Assembly (NCBI RefSeq): GCF_006345805.1
Contig: NC_043011.1
Span: forward strand, 63,810,464-63,874,463
DNA from: Octopus sinensis
Lineage: Eukaryota
Direction of reading: 5' to 3'
Length of the DNA stretch: 64,000 nucleotides
Positions within the stretch are counted from its first letter, which is position 1. Every line of letters starts with the position of its first letter. Positions 38,528-51,907 of this stretch are shown here, one piece after another. The notes beneath the pieces are model-generated. The model was not told the origin of the DNA. It was given only the letters and a program-made list of their open reading frames with translations, and did no database searches. Both the position numbers and the translations under genes were made by a program.

Positions 38528-38950
38528 CAATTGTAAATATAATAGCGCTAATAGTGAGGCGAATTGAAATAAACACAATAATACTTATTTCAGAAAGATA
38601 AAAAATGAAATAATTGGATGCCAACTCTCACATTATTAGTAAGAACTACAAACAGGAATATCTGATAAGATATACTAGCTGTAATATCACTCCAGGAAAG
38701 CGTAGAGCTTGTACAAATAAGTGTTACGATGTATTTATTAAGTAGTTTGGGATATACCAGAAATACTTTACGTGGCTCTAAACAAGACAATTGTAGTTTG
38801 TTCCACATTTAATTAAAATTGCGTGTTTATCTACAGGGAACTTAGCTAAAATTATAGCAACGCAGAATGCTAGATTTTGTGGAATGTCATTCAGCCAATC
38901 TACTTAATAATAGTAATAAAGATGGCAACAACAACAAAAGAGATGGTAGC

Positions 38951-38981
<31 letters not shown>

Positions 38982-39229
38982 ACAACAGCAACATATAGTA
39001 AATAAACTACAAAAACAAATATAAGACTGTTTTGTGAATTAGAGTCAACAGGATCTCAAATATGAAAAACAAAGAGAAAAGGCCAATATAACAAAACAAT
39101 ACAACATAATATATAAAAAAAGATGTCTGTGAGGTGATCGAAAATGTTAAATAGGGCATAGCAGCAAACAATAATGTGCAAAACGGGAAGGCTGCTTCCA
39201 ACAAAAGAAGGGAATTTAAAGTAAACATT

Positions 39230-40012
39230 TTTTTAATAGAAGGTTAAAGGAAAAATAAAGTATATCAATAGATGCCATGCCTACAACATCAGCGATTCGG
39301 TCATACTGGGAAGAAATATGGAGCAAACGAAGAAGAAAAAGAGAAAAGAGAGAAACACAACAAAAATGCTCATTGGATGAATAGGGAACAGGAAAGGAAG
39401 AACACAATAAAACAACAGATATGGCCCAACATTACAGGCCAAGAGATCATGGACACATTGAGAAGAACCAACAACTGGAAAAGTGCAGGGATAGACAAGG
39501 TCCCCAAATTCTGGTTGAAACACCTCACCAGTACCCACAACCACATAACCACTTTGTAGCAGCGTTCAATTAATTGATAAGTGAGCCAGAATCAATATCA
39601 AACTGCATGCTGGAAGGGCAACCCACCTTAATTCCTAAAAACAAAGCCACCATACACCATAAAAATTTACAGAGCAATAATATGCCTATCGACATCCGAC
39701 AAAACCCTAACATCAGTCTTCTATAATGGGATATGAAAGCACCTGGAAAACAGCAATGTGTTACCATGAGAACATAAAGGGTGCCAGAGAGGGGTGTATT
39801 GTTGTAAGGAGCAACTTCCGGTAAACAGAGTAGTTATAAAGGACTGTAAAGAGAGAAAGACAAACCTGGGAATGGCTTGGATTCATTACGAGAAAGCATC
39901 CTACAGTGTTTCAAACCCATGATTACTGGACACTCACGACCCAAGGTCCCCACCACAACTACACAGAAAGGGAAAAGAAAATGAGGAGTGAGTATTACAG
40001 AAGGGTCAAACG
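39230..40012 (+). mobile_element. R4/Dong-like non-LTR retrotransposon remnant
   Basis: NWKSAGIDKVPKFWLK, KHLENSNVLP*EHKGC, NLGMAWIHYEKA and SEYYRRVKRI, typical of the RLE-type R4 clade; heavily frameshifted. Confidence 0.6.
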
Positions 40013-43000
40013 AATATTTCTCTCTCATCCCCCTCACTATCCTCTCCCAACCCTCTCTTTTCCCATCCCGGCCCCCTCCTCTCGCTCTCTTCCCACTCTC
40101 ACACTCTGCCCCCTCTCTCTGCCTTTCTTTGGTTTCATCATCAGAACATCAACCCTCTGATAACATTATACTTGTAATTCTCTTCCTCTATGCCACAACC
40201 TCCGACTAGATTTTTAACCACGTAATGAATATTACGTTCCCCCTACCACACGTCATGGACGGTCTGTTTCTCTCCCCCTCTTTCCGTCTCACTCATCAGC
40301 TTATCCTCTTTTTCTCTCTTCTTTTTCTTCCTCCTCTTTTCCCCTTTCATTTGAAAGCATTACAATTACGTTCCCCTCCCTCTTTTTACTCTATCCATAT
40401 TCTCCTCCTCTTCTTTCTCTCTCTTTTGCTCAAATCACCTGAAAGCGTTGCCGACAGGAAAAGTATCCTAATGACACGCTTATAAGATTTTTATTTTTTC
40501 AAAATTCTATAATCAAATCGTTTAATTAATTCCTATATTAATTTTTGTACCTTATACATCATTTTCATTGATCTGTGTTGCTAACATCTTATCTAATATC
40601 TTAATTTAATTTGATCATATTATGCTAAGTTATACTAGATTTGAACCAATTCTTCAATATCCATTCTTTTAAGGGAAATAATTCTTTTACAATAGAATAT
40701 CTTTCTTACTGACTAAAATATAATTATTTCCTTATAGAACACTCATTGCTTAGTTCTGTGCCTTTTCTAGTCCTTCACTGTACTTAGTATCATTACAAAA
40801 AGATCTTTCCTTTGTAACTTAATTACGAATATATCAACTGAATAACAGATTTCTATTTGCGCCATCTGTGTGGTCGATTAATCAGAAATAGTTTAAAACA
40901 GGAAGGGATTTCGCCATAAATATTCTTTAATTTAACTTGTGCGTTTGAAGAAACCGAACATCATTTTTAAAATTCTGTCACTATCTGAAGCTTATCATAT
41001 GTAGGTATGTTGGAATGCCTCCCTACCGCTTATGTTGTTAGGTCTACCACAATCTATTTCCCCTGTAATGTTCACCTCGCCAAGCAACATTGTATAGTTT
41101 TGGTAAGCATAGTATAACGTAACATGTTGTAGAATCTTAGTCGATCGATTAAAACGTGCAGTCACTGCATCAAGAAAATTTAGTATTTGTCAGTTTAATC
41201 CAAACTCGCGAAAGCTCTTTTTCTACTGTACACTTTGATCTTATGCTAAGCTTTTTTTCGGTGCTAGAACTTCGGACTGAGAAATTCGACACTTAATGGA
41301 AAGTAATTTTAATGCCTGCGTAGATTACGCTCGCTTTCAATGAACAATTCACTGAGCAGCGTTTGATCCCTGCATTTTCATTTGAAGTCCCCTCCGTTTT
41401 GCAAACACACATACGCACATACGTATATATAGGTGTATATATATATATATACATGAATATATGCATATATGTATATGTATACATATATATATATATATAT
41501 ATACACACTCAAATCCGCACACACGCATACACATATACATGCATACATATAGACATACACAAATACATGCATACATACAGACATACATATATATATATAT
41601 ACCTATATATGCTTGCGTATCTCCCTGAAATTGTTAAAATAGAATACTTTTGATATTATCGTCAGGATCAGTCAGACGACCAATTTTATTTATAATTGAA
41701 TGCAGCGTGCTTTGATTTTATTGTTATTGTTGGAGCACTTCTATAGTTTTAGTGAAGGAACATTAAATATGTACAATCGTTTCATATCCGTGACGTCGTT
41801 GTTACTGTAACTTTGAATATGTATTACGATGAAAACATATGCACTCTCATTGATAATACAGTAGTAATATGTTATTAGTGATGTAGTATGACAAGGCTTT
41901 ACAAACCTCATCTGTTTTGATACAATGTGGAGAAGTCTGAAAAGAAATTGACCAAGTGTGTAAGCGAAAATCAATAACGAACATGAGAAGTATTGTTCTA
42001 CCACAAATATTTCCAAAGTCAATATATTTATCCTGACCACGGGACGTTTGTAACATCAATTTTGATAAGGAATGTACTTTCAATTAGAAGTATTTCATAC
42101 GTGAAGCAAGATTTTAATGAACAGGATTTTAATGAACAGTCGTAATACATATCATAACTTCATATTTTTTCATTTGGCATCATGGAATTAGAATTTGTCT
42201 TTGGTGAAAATGTAAACAAATATAAAAAAAAGACATGAGTTGTAAATCAATTCCTGAATTCTTTCTTCCGTGTGAATTTTCAGACATGTTTTGATTGCAG
42301 TCATTGAAGAAATGAATGCTTTTTTTAGAAACTTTAGTCACAATTCAATGCAAAATCGATTCAAGAGGGAAATGAATTCAGAATATAACTTCAGAAATAT
42401 AAATTGGAATATTGTCTATAGTTCGATGACAGTGTTGGCACCATGAACAATAATGAATCTGTTAGGTCTGACGAAGCTCATTTGACTTTTTTCCATTTTC
42501 GTTTTTGATTAAATTTTCCATGTCATTTACTTAAATCGCTAACATTGTAAGAGAAATTGATAATAAAAATACAAAAATTTTATGAAGGAACGCTTTTTAT
42601 AATTTTAGCCAATTAGATCCATTCTATCACTTGAAGACTAAGCCATATTTTGGAAAGGAAATAGAGTCTGATTTTGTTGCTTTTGGTTTTGTTTTCAAAG
42701 TATGACTAAAACAAAGACATCATCGTATTTTCAGCAATTAATAGCTGTTTTATAATTTAGACACAAGGTCAGCGGTTGTAGTATGTTAATAAACACCATC
42801 AATGCCAGGACTATAATTTTAAAATCTTGGACGAGTGAAAGAGAAAGTAGACGGAATTTGAAATGAGAGCACAAAGACCTTCGCAGTGTGTCTTCTATCG
42901 TTCTAATTGATTCTGCCTTCATGTAAAGCAAGCATTTGATTGTTACAATGAAATTACGCAAAAGCCCTAAACGAATGAGTAACTCAAAGCTTATCCTAAG

Positions 43001-44658
43001 TCTTACACCCTAGATCATAAATCGTATCTCCAATCCCCAAAGTGTATGCTTAAATCATCGTTTTACCTTTAACCGACCCTCAATTCTGAACGCATATGCC
43101 TAAGTCTAAACAGCCAGGCTAAATCCTATATATAACTCCCCAAATCGACCTAAACTATAGTCACTAATCCTAAGCAGTAAACCTAATCATACCTCATACA
43201 TCAAGATGCTTCAATTGATTACTCTGGAGACAACTATCAAGATCTATTAGACTGGATATTAAACATAAATAAATCGAATAAATTCAAATCGAATTTAATT
43301 GTTTTATTAATTTGCTAAAACAACATTTTATTTTATTTCTGTGATTGCCATGTAAAGCAACGTGTGTGTGTAGAAATGTTCTATGGAGTATTTAAGAGTA
43401 TATTAAACGGGAAAGGTCCTGAGTATTGTATGATAAAATAAATTTACCTTACACATTTTTTTCTCATTGAAGAACACACAAAAAATACTGCTATATTCGC
43501 TTAATGAATGGTAACAGGCTGCGGGCGGAGTGTATTAATTGGAAGATGGACAACAAGATGTATCATACAAATACGTAGACATCAAAATCTTATGTCGAGA
43601 TTTGTTTCTGTTATAAAGTGAAATAACTGCTGGGTCACGTTTCTTTAATGTAAATCGTCGATCTATTTTAGCACATGCTAGTATGTGAATTAGTATATGT
43701 ACAATCGTCGTTCTAATGTGTTTGCTTTTGGGTATATATGTGAAAAAAAAAATCATACGTTATCATATATCATTGGATAATTTTTACATCGGGGATGAAA
43801 AGAAAATGGTTTTTATTCGAATGAAAATACACTCTACATCTTGCGTAAACCCACTTATCAGTATCGACAAGGGAAATATGGCACACCACTGATCCACTTT
43901 TTATTTCTTCATAAAGAATGTTACTAATATTCCTCACGAAAAATATGAAATGATTGTAGTTTGGCAAATTTAACGGGCATTTGTGTGACACAAACGGCAT
44001 AGCACTGTTTCTGAGCTGGAAATCAGGCATTTTATATTTCGAACTGCATGTGTGTACCTGTATTGTGCAGGAGGAAACAAATGTTTAAATATGGATCTTT
44101 CATATCCTGAGCTGACGTTAACTCCTGTCTGTAATATAAATAATGAGTTCCATAAGCAATAAAAATTTACAAAAACAAAGCTAACAATATGTAACTAAAC
44201 GTTATTTTTTATTTACATATGTGCAAGTAGTATAATCACAGCTGCAGCGAAAAATATTCGAAACAAAATTATCTGTAACAGAATTGAAAAACATGTATTA
44301 AGACGTCGGCATTAATAACCGTTTTATGTAAATCAAATTGTAATATTTCATATATGAAATTCATAGTCATATCCATAAAATATTTCCATTATTAAAGTCC
44401 ATGATATTATAATTGCTATTTATTAATTGTTACCGTGAATTCTGCTACATGCATATTGTTTAACAACAGAGGGATGAAATTCGATTGTGGTAGTTTAGTT
44501 ATAGTATTATTTTAGATTATGATAGCAGTTAGACCTTTCCATAGAAGTGATATGGTTGAATTATAGAGATAATGAACGCATGTATACACTAGGGAATTAG
44601 CGAATTTAACTCAGTCAATTCTTGATAAGCCATTCATAAGTATATGTATATATATTTA

Positions 44659-44902
44659 CAGTGGCGATTGGGTCTAAATATATTGGTTGCCAGGACACTG
44701 AGGGGGCCCACCTGCATATAATGGGCCAAACCGCAACTAAAAGGGGGCTCAGTCGCAACTACAACGTTATCAATTGTTACTAATTTCGTTTGTTAAAAGT
44801 ATTATTTTCAACTAATACTAATATGGGCCCGTATATGGATCCTAATTGCGCAGGGACACACTTGCGATCGAGCAACCTGGCAACCTGGCAAGTCAGCCAC
44901 TG
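44659..44902. mobile_element. hAT-type MITE with 8-bp TSD
   Basis: Termini CAGTGGC..GCCACTG, subterminal GGTTGCCAGG motifs, identical flanks tatattta at 44651-44658 and 44903-44910. Confidence 0.8.
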
Positions 44903-45079
44903 TATATTTATACACACACCAACACACACAAAGGAACACAGAAATGAACGCATATACAAGCACATAAAAACACACACATATATACATATATACACGGTGA
45001 TCACGGGGATATATATCTATATCTATCTATCTATCTATCTATATATATATATTTATTTATTTATATTTATATATTTGTT

Positions 45080-45159
<80 letters not shown>

Positions 45160-45176
45160 TTATATATATACATATA

Positions 45177-45540
45177 GGCGCAAGAGTGGTTGTGTGGTAA
45201 GTAGCTTGTCTACCAACCACATCATTCCGGGTTCAGTCCCACTGCGTGGAACCTTGGGCAAGTGTCTTCTACTATAGCCTCGGGCCGACCAAAGCCTTGT
45301 GAGCGGATTTGGTAGACGGAAACCGAAAGAAGTCCGTCGTATATATGTATATATATATATGTGCGTGTGTGTGTTTGTGTGTCTGTGTTTGTCCCCTAGC
45401 ATTGCTTAGCGGTTCGGCAAAAGAGACCGATAGAATAAGTACTGGGCTTAGAAAATAATAAGTCCCGGGGTCGAGTTGCTCGATTAAAGGCGGTGCTCCA
45501 GCATGGCCGCAGTCAAATGATTGAAACAAGTAAAAGAGTA
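45177..45540 (+). mobile_element. SINE family 1, near full-length copy
   Basis: tRNA-like head (tggttgtgtggtaag..gggttcagtccc), core tgggcaagtgtcttctactatagcctcgggccgaccaaagccttgtgag, internal microsatellite and 3' tail. Confidence 0.9.
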
Positions 45541-45798
45541 TCCGTATATATATATGTATACACATGACTTTCTGACGATCTGATCTTTTACTCTTTTCTG
45601 CTCTTTTCTATAATATTAGTGCATGTGTGTGTAACACATAGATATTACATGTGTATGCATTCTTCTAATACTTTCTAATACTCTGGAACATATAGACATA
45701 CTAGAATGCCTATCGGCTGATGTACGTCATTTTTGTATCCTTCCCACATTATTATTTGCCCTATATATATATATATACATATATATACATATATATGT

Positions 45799-45898
<100 letters not shown>

Positions 45899-46147
45899 TA
45901 TACGAGAACCGCCGCGAATTCAACGAGACCTTGTGTTTATCCAAAACGGAAACGAACTTCATTCCTCCTTCCGATCGGGTTTAAAAATTGTTAATATCTC
46001 TAGATAATTTCCTACGTTTTTTAACATCTTAACGTGAAACCAATGGTTGCCTTCACTTAATTAAAAAAGCCAAGAAATTCTAATTAGCAATGCAGTTTTC
46101 AGCACCCATGTTTATTGTTCGACATTTACATATATGTGTGTGTGTGT

Positions 46148-46510
46148 TTATCGATAGATAAACAGATGTAGATATACTCTATGCGCAATGTCTATATATG
46201 TACATATATAGTTATACATATAATGTGTATATGCGTACATACATACATGCAGAAACACCACACACACACACACATATTTATACCCGTATGTATGTATGTA
46301 AATGTATGTGTGAGTGTGTATGTGTGTATATCTGCTTATGTGTACGTGAAATATGGAAGAATAGTAAAGACACTCTTGAAAATATAGAAGAAAGTGAGAG
46401 GCAGAGAGACTGAAGAAGTCAATGTTTAAAAGCAAAGCAAAGAGGACAGCAACATGTGAATGGTTATGGATGTTAACGGCAGAAGAGAGAAAACTGTTGC
46501 TTCGCACTGA
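46148..46510 (-). CDS. Six-Cys family copy A, tentative phase-0 terminal exon
   Basis: Moderate acceptor attaattgtAG. SVRSNSFLSSAVNIHNHSHVAVLFALLLNIDFF.. is GPI-signal-like, but the frame runs on into microsatellite before a stop. Other candidates exist. Confidence 0.25.
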   Translation of the reverse strand, partial: SVRSNSFLSSAVNIHNHSHVAVLFALLLNIDFFSLSASHFLLYFQECLYYSSIFHVHISRYTHIHTHTYIYIHTYGYKYVCVCVVFLHVCMYAYTHYMYNYICTYIDIAHRVYLHLFIYR

Positions 46511-47308
46511 CTACAATTAATGTCTGTTTTACGTTTACAATGGTGCACATATTAACTAAAATAAGGAATGAATATATTTTTAGAATTGTAATTGCGTAAT
46601 TGCCCTTATAAATGTTTTACAGTCTCATTCAATACAATTTCTGTGTTACTGTTGCAGGAATGAACAAACGTTTCCGACTTATATGGAAAAGAGGGTAACC
46701 AGGTTTCGCATATTGCTGAGAGAATTTTAGTATAATTGTCAACATAGTAATATCATAATGGCATTACATACCTCATCGCGGTTGCTAGATTTATGAGAAT
46801 TTTTCTGAAAACAAAGAAATGTAATATTGTAATATTAAAAGGCAAATTATAAAATTAGTGTAGTTTTATCAAAATTTTTACATTAAGTAAATCCAAATTA
46901 GCAAACCATCACTTTTATCAGAGAATGTCAAATAAAAACAATTTTACCTCTGAAACGTTCATTGTGAGCGGCGATGATTGAGTTAAAGAACCAAATAGTT
47001 TATGTCGCAGACTTGTATCCTATTTTACCATTAGGACCGTTTTTCCTCATGTATTACGTCGATTAAATCGTTAGCATAATGTATAGTTAATGAATCACAA
47101 ATATAAGACAGTGTTTTTTATTGCTCTATTGTTGTTACAAAGTTGATGGTATAACGATTTATATGTATTTCATATGAAATACGTCACAACTAATTCGTAA
47201 AATGATAATTATAGATTTATTATTACATTGACGGCCTTGATATAAGTTGATAAATAAGAACACTTTATACAAGCAAATTCATTGGTGCTCTGATATTTCT
47301 ACCAACGA

Positions 47309-47469
47309 AGAGACGTCAGCACGCCGGGCGAATTGTTTAGCGGTATTTCGCCAGTCTTTACTTTTTGCGTTCAAATTTCGCCGTGGTCAACTTTGCCTTT
47401 CATCCTTTCGGGGTCGAACTGAGACCCCTTTCCAAAAATATCGGGCCTTGTTCTTATAGCACAAAAGAA
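47309..47469 (+). mobile_element. SINE family 2, truncated copy with 15-bp TSD-like flanks
   Basis: gtcagcacgccgggcgaattgtttagcggtatttcg..; flanks tatttctaccaacga (47294-47308) and tattactaccaacga (47470-47484). Confidence 0.75.
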
Positions 47470-47503
47470 TATTACTACCAACGAGAAGATCAATATATCT
47501 TAC

Positions 47504-47591
47504 CACACATAAATGGTAATAGACGAATCTGAAATAGCCAGTACAATAATCGTTTACGTGCTCAAAACAATACGGAAACATTCTGTAGGTT
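47504..47591 (-). CDS. Six-Cys family copy A, exon 3
   Basis: Acceptor tttttttacttacAG, donor GTAAGA, 88 nt. Only the phase-2 frame is open: (R)TYRMFPYCFEHVNDYCTGYFRFVYYHLCV. Confidence 0.88.
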
Positions 47592-48357
47592 CTGTAAGTA
47601 AAAAAAAAAAAATGAACGTTGTATTTAATATTGAAACTATACATTCGAATTATTTCGTACTATCTATAAATGCGCCTTCGACTTCAAATATGGTTAAAAT
47701 TTGATGACCGAAACATACATAAGTATACGTAGGTGTGTATATCTTTCTTTCTCTCTCTCTGTATAAGTGTGAGGGTATGTATACATATACATACACACAC
47801 ACACGCACACACACACACACATATATATATACACTGGAGGTCTAATCGATATCAGTATTTGATTGGGAAGGCTTACCTCCGCTAGTATACGAGGTCATAT
47901 GGGTAGTATTGTGAGAAGATGGCGTAAGTCTATTTAGTGGAATGGTATTATTGAAGGTTGTATATTTCCACCAGGTGGGTTAATGTGGGGATACAGTGGG
48001 AAACATTGCAGGTTCTAAAGCCTGGCACTGTAGATTACGTCTGTTAGAGGAGGAAATTATTAACCCCCGCCTCCTCTTCCCATTCCTTGTCTTAACTCCG
48101 CCATTCTTCTTAATTCCATTTCTTATGCTGCTTGCCAGTTAGCTCTACAAAAATTTAATCGTTCCATCTTTGAACTTCTCTGCATTAAGATATGAAATGT
48201 AAAATCTTTACTCTGATGACAGATGCTCGCCTTATACAGTGTTGATTACATCCATTATCATGAATTTCCCAGTCCACAGAAACACCTGTTACATTTAGTG
48301 GTAGCAGCAGCGGCAGCAGCAGCAGAAACAGCAGCAGTATTAAGATTACATACGTAC

Positions 48358-48451
48358 CTGCAGAAGCGAGAACCCGGTTTCTTTGAAAGGGCAAACGGCA
48401 TATCACAACCTGCATTCGCCGCATATTTACAATTATAAAAGCCTGCACCAC
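48358..48451 (-). CDS. Six-Cys family copy A, exon 2
   Basis: Acceptor atttcacttttAG, donor CAG|GTACGT, 94 nt, phase 1 to phase 2: (G)GAGFYNCKYAANAGCDMPFALSKKPGSRFC(R). Confidence 0.88.
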
Positions 48452-49245
48452 CTAAAAGTGAAATATATTTGTTATTGTTTTTCAGATGCTCATATAAGAC
48501 AGAGAATAAGATTTATATGAGCAGTTACTCGTACATCCATACGTACTATCATAGGACACTATTGTATACAGCACACCACATCTCATAACATATAGCTTAT
48601 AACATATGCAATGCAATTTAATTCACCATATCACATAATATCCCATGATTTTATTATATTGAATACTAGAAGGAAAATTTATAACGGATACGACACCAAA
48701 ATTAATTTCCACCATCAAAGTTCAAAAATGGCACCTATAAATGTCATTTCCGAAAGTATTTAAATATAAGGCTTACGCTAAGCATGCATGATTACCCCAG
48801 GTCTAACCTGTTATTAATCAGGTTATTATTGGCCCTACACTTAACAATATCATGAGTTTCCATAGATCACAGCTCACACCCGTATTGACTATCACTATAA
48901 GGCTGCGTTCTCAGTATTATATCCCATTTAAGCCTTAAATGGGATATATTTAAAATAATTAATTAAGTACATGAATGAATATTAAACCGAGTCTATGTAA
49001 TCTTTCCCTTTTAATGTTTATATTTGATATATACACACATTGTACCTAATTTGGTTATGATATAATTTTTGAAAATCAAATTTTATTTTGATACACCATA
49101 ACAATAGTGTTTATAAACAATCCCCCAATGTGCTCCAAAATAAAATTTCCTCTGTATTAACATATTTGCTTTGCTATCATCTTGCCCCTTTAACTGGTAA
49201 TGAACATCATGATCTAAAGTCTTCTACTACTCATCCTTTTTTTAG

Positions 49246-49973
49246 TTACAGGCTTTTTATATCCAATTGAGTATTCCTAATGTCTCCTTTCTTCCCTGAG
49301 GAAATGTAATACATTTGACAGTATGTATGAAAGTATTGGCTAACAGCCCGTAGATCAGACTGAAGGCATGCCCGGTCACCCACTTCATTGATGACCTTTT
49401 GGAGTTTGAAATCATCTGCAGAGATTCTTATGTTATTGTGCTTGATAATGTCAATAATGCCATTGATGTAAATGATGAAAACAAGTGGGTCCAAAACAGT
49501 GCCTTGTGGAACACCATTACTGACTTTGGCTGGGCTTGATTTTACTCCTTCGACTAAAACGTGTTGGGTTCTGCCTGTCAGGAAACACTTGATCCATTGT
49601 AGTATCTTCCCAGAGACACCAATTTTGGATAGTTTTTTCAAGAGGAAAAGGCCTCGTTATCAAAGATCCTGCTGAAATCAAGGTAGCTGTCACCAGTATT
49701 CGAGGCCTCTCCCGAACCACTCAAAATGCCATCAAAATGATGCAGGAGCTGCGTTAGGCAGTTCCTTCTATTACAGAACCCTTATTGTTAGAGGTTCAGG
49801 AGTTTTTTGCTTTCAAGAAAGTGGGTTATCCCTGATCTCACTACCCTCTCAAATACTTTGATATGAGAGGTGAGCGACATCGGCCGGTAGATCCCTGCAA
49901 TTGTCTTGCTTTCCTTTTTGAAAACTGGGACAACAGACTGAGAAATAAAGTTTTCAGGAATACATGCAAGCAT
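49246..49973 (-). mobile_element. CR1/L2-clade LINE RT fragment
   Basis: YRPMSLTSHIKVFERVV, GVSGKILQWIKCFLTGRTQHV, GVPQGTVLDP and ISADDFKL. Confidence 0.85.
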
Positions 49974-50313
49974 ATGATTGTAATAACTTTTCTATATCTG
50001 TATATATATGTATGTATATATGTGTGTATGTGTGTGTGCGTGGTATAGGAGCGTTTGTATGCGAGAAATATTACTTTAAATAATTTGAGGATTTAACGAA
50101 TTTTGCAGTTAGATTTATCAACCAACGAAACTTTGAGTGGCGTGCGACAACATCGTCACGTTTCTTTTTCCAATTTTCAACTTGTGTTCTGGGGCTATCA
50201 AGTATTCGAATTTTTTTTTTTTTTTTTTTTTTTTTTGGTAGATACATATTTCTACGCATTTTCAAACCATGATCTGAATTAAAAGCTTGGAGAATACTGA
50301 AGAATGTTTGCAT

Positions 50314-50392
50314 GAATAAAGTTTCGAATAAATAATGTTTCGAATAAATAAAGTTTCGAATAAATAAAGTTTCGAATAAATAAAGTTTCGAA
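50314..50392. repeat. 16-bp minisatellite (tttcgaataaataaag) x~4.5
   Basis: Direct. Confidence 0.9.
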
Positions 50393-51282
50393 AAAATATG
50401 ATCAATACTGTTTGCCAATTTAACAATGCAGAATTCGAATGTAAAACAGTATGTAGCGACAGATGTGTTTCGAAATCTACAGGTTTAACTTTAAAAAAAC
50501 TGTGTTTGCTATTTGAGGACTCCGTTATATTAAATATACTTGTAGCGCTGTGGCTAATATTCTAAACGTACATTATCTCATATCTAAAATGATAATAATA
50601 TAAAAGAAAGCCTGGTAATTTTACTTTAGTAAAAAGCCTAGTAGTAATATTATAATCATTTTATTAACACCAAAACAATTATTAGCGGCTAAGGAGGCTT
50701 TGTTACTGAATTCTGTGAATGATGAAATAACTAGAAATATGAAAGAAAAACCGTCCTGGTTATGACATTTATACTATAACGATCTCCTAAAGTAAATATG
50801 ATAACCATGTGGCCCAAAAAACAAACAAAATACTCAAACACATATCACTTCGACAGTGAGAGACGATTAATATTGTCATGCACAAGTAAATGAAAGATCG
50901 GTTGTCACAATAAATTCATTCTAGAAATTCACAAATGAAGACCAACGTTAATAAGAAAATAATTAAAACAGAAACGGTGTAATAGAATTAAACAAAGCAA
51001 AATGTAAACAAATTGAGTGTTTAATTTATTTTCAAAAATATTTGGGGGAAAATGTGTCCGATTTGATTAAGTGGTGTCCGGTGTTCCATTTTAATATGGT
51101 AAGAGGAATAGGGTCCAATAAAATAGGAAACGGACGAAAATTTATTTTAGTGCCTATATATACATACACGCACGCATATATCTTCAGATGAATACACACA
51201 CATACACATACATATGCATATATATATACATACAAAGATATGTAGTACATATATATAGTAGTATACATAGTAGTATATATAT

Positions 51283-51314
<32 letters not shown>

Positions 51315-51326
51315 CACACAGATATG

Positions 51327-51384
<58 letters not shown>

Positions 51385-51524
51385 GATATGTAGCTATGTA
51401 TGTGTGAGTGTATATAAGAAAATGAGATGGCACCTATGTATAGATGACTGAGGGAGACTTAGCATTGTATTAATATGTTACATAGAGATATATTGGTACT
51501 GATGAAATATGAGTAGAAACTTAC

Positions 51525-51561
51525 CAACAATAAAGAAAGGAAAAAGTATTAAAAGTTTCAT
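51525..51561 (-). CDS. Six-Cys family copy A, exon 1 (ATG + signal peptide)
   Basis: gccATG aaa ctt tta ata ctt ttt cct ttc ttt att gtt g|GTAAGT encodes MKLLILFPFFIV+G, 37 nt. Confidence 0.88.
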
Positions 51562-51822
51562 GGCGGATATTCATGTTCAAATCAACGACTGTTTTGTAAC
51601 AACTTACTCCTGATTGTGTCATATATAATTTAAAGTTGTGTAACACATGTTTACACATACTGCGTTCACATATCAGGAATTAATTTAGATGGCTTGTTCA
51701 AGCAATTTCCCACATAAAATTGATGTATGTTTCCGTTTCATATTTATATGTTTTTATAAATAGTCCATAGGAACCAAAATTCTCTCTCTCTCTCTCAACA
51801 CACACACACACACACACACATA

Positions 51823-51907
<85 letters not shown>

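Noticed and set aside
42463-42500. CTGACGA motif resembling a hammerhead core
   Set aside because: No GAAA or pairing stems follow.
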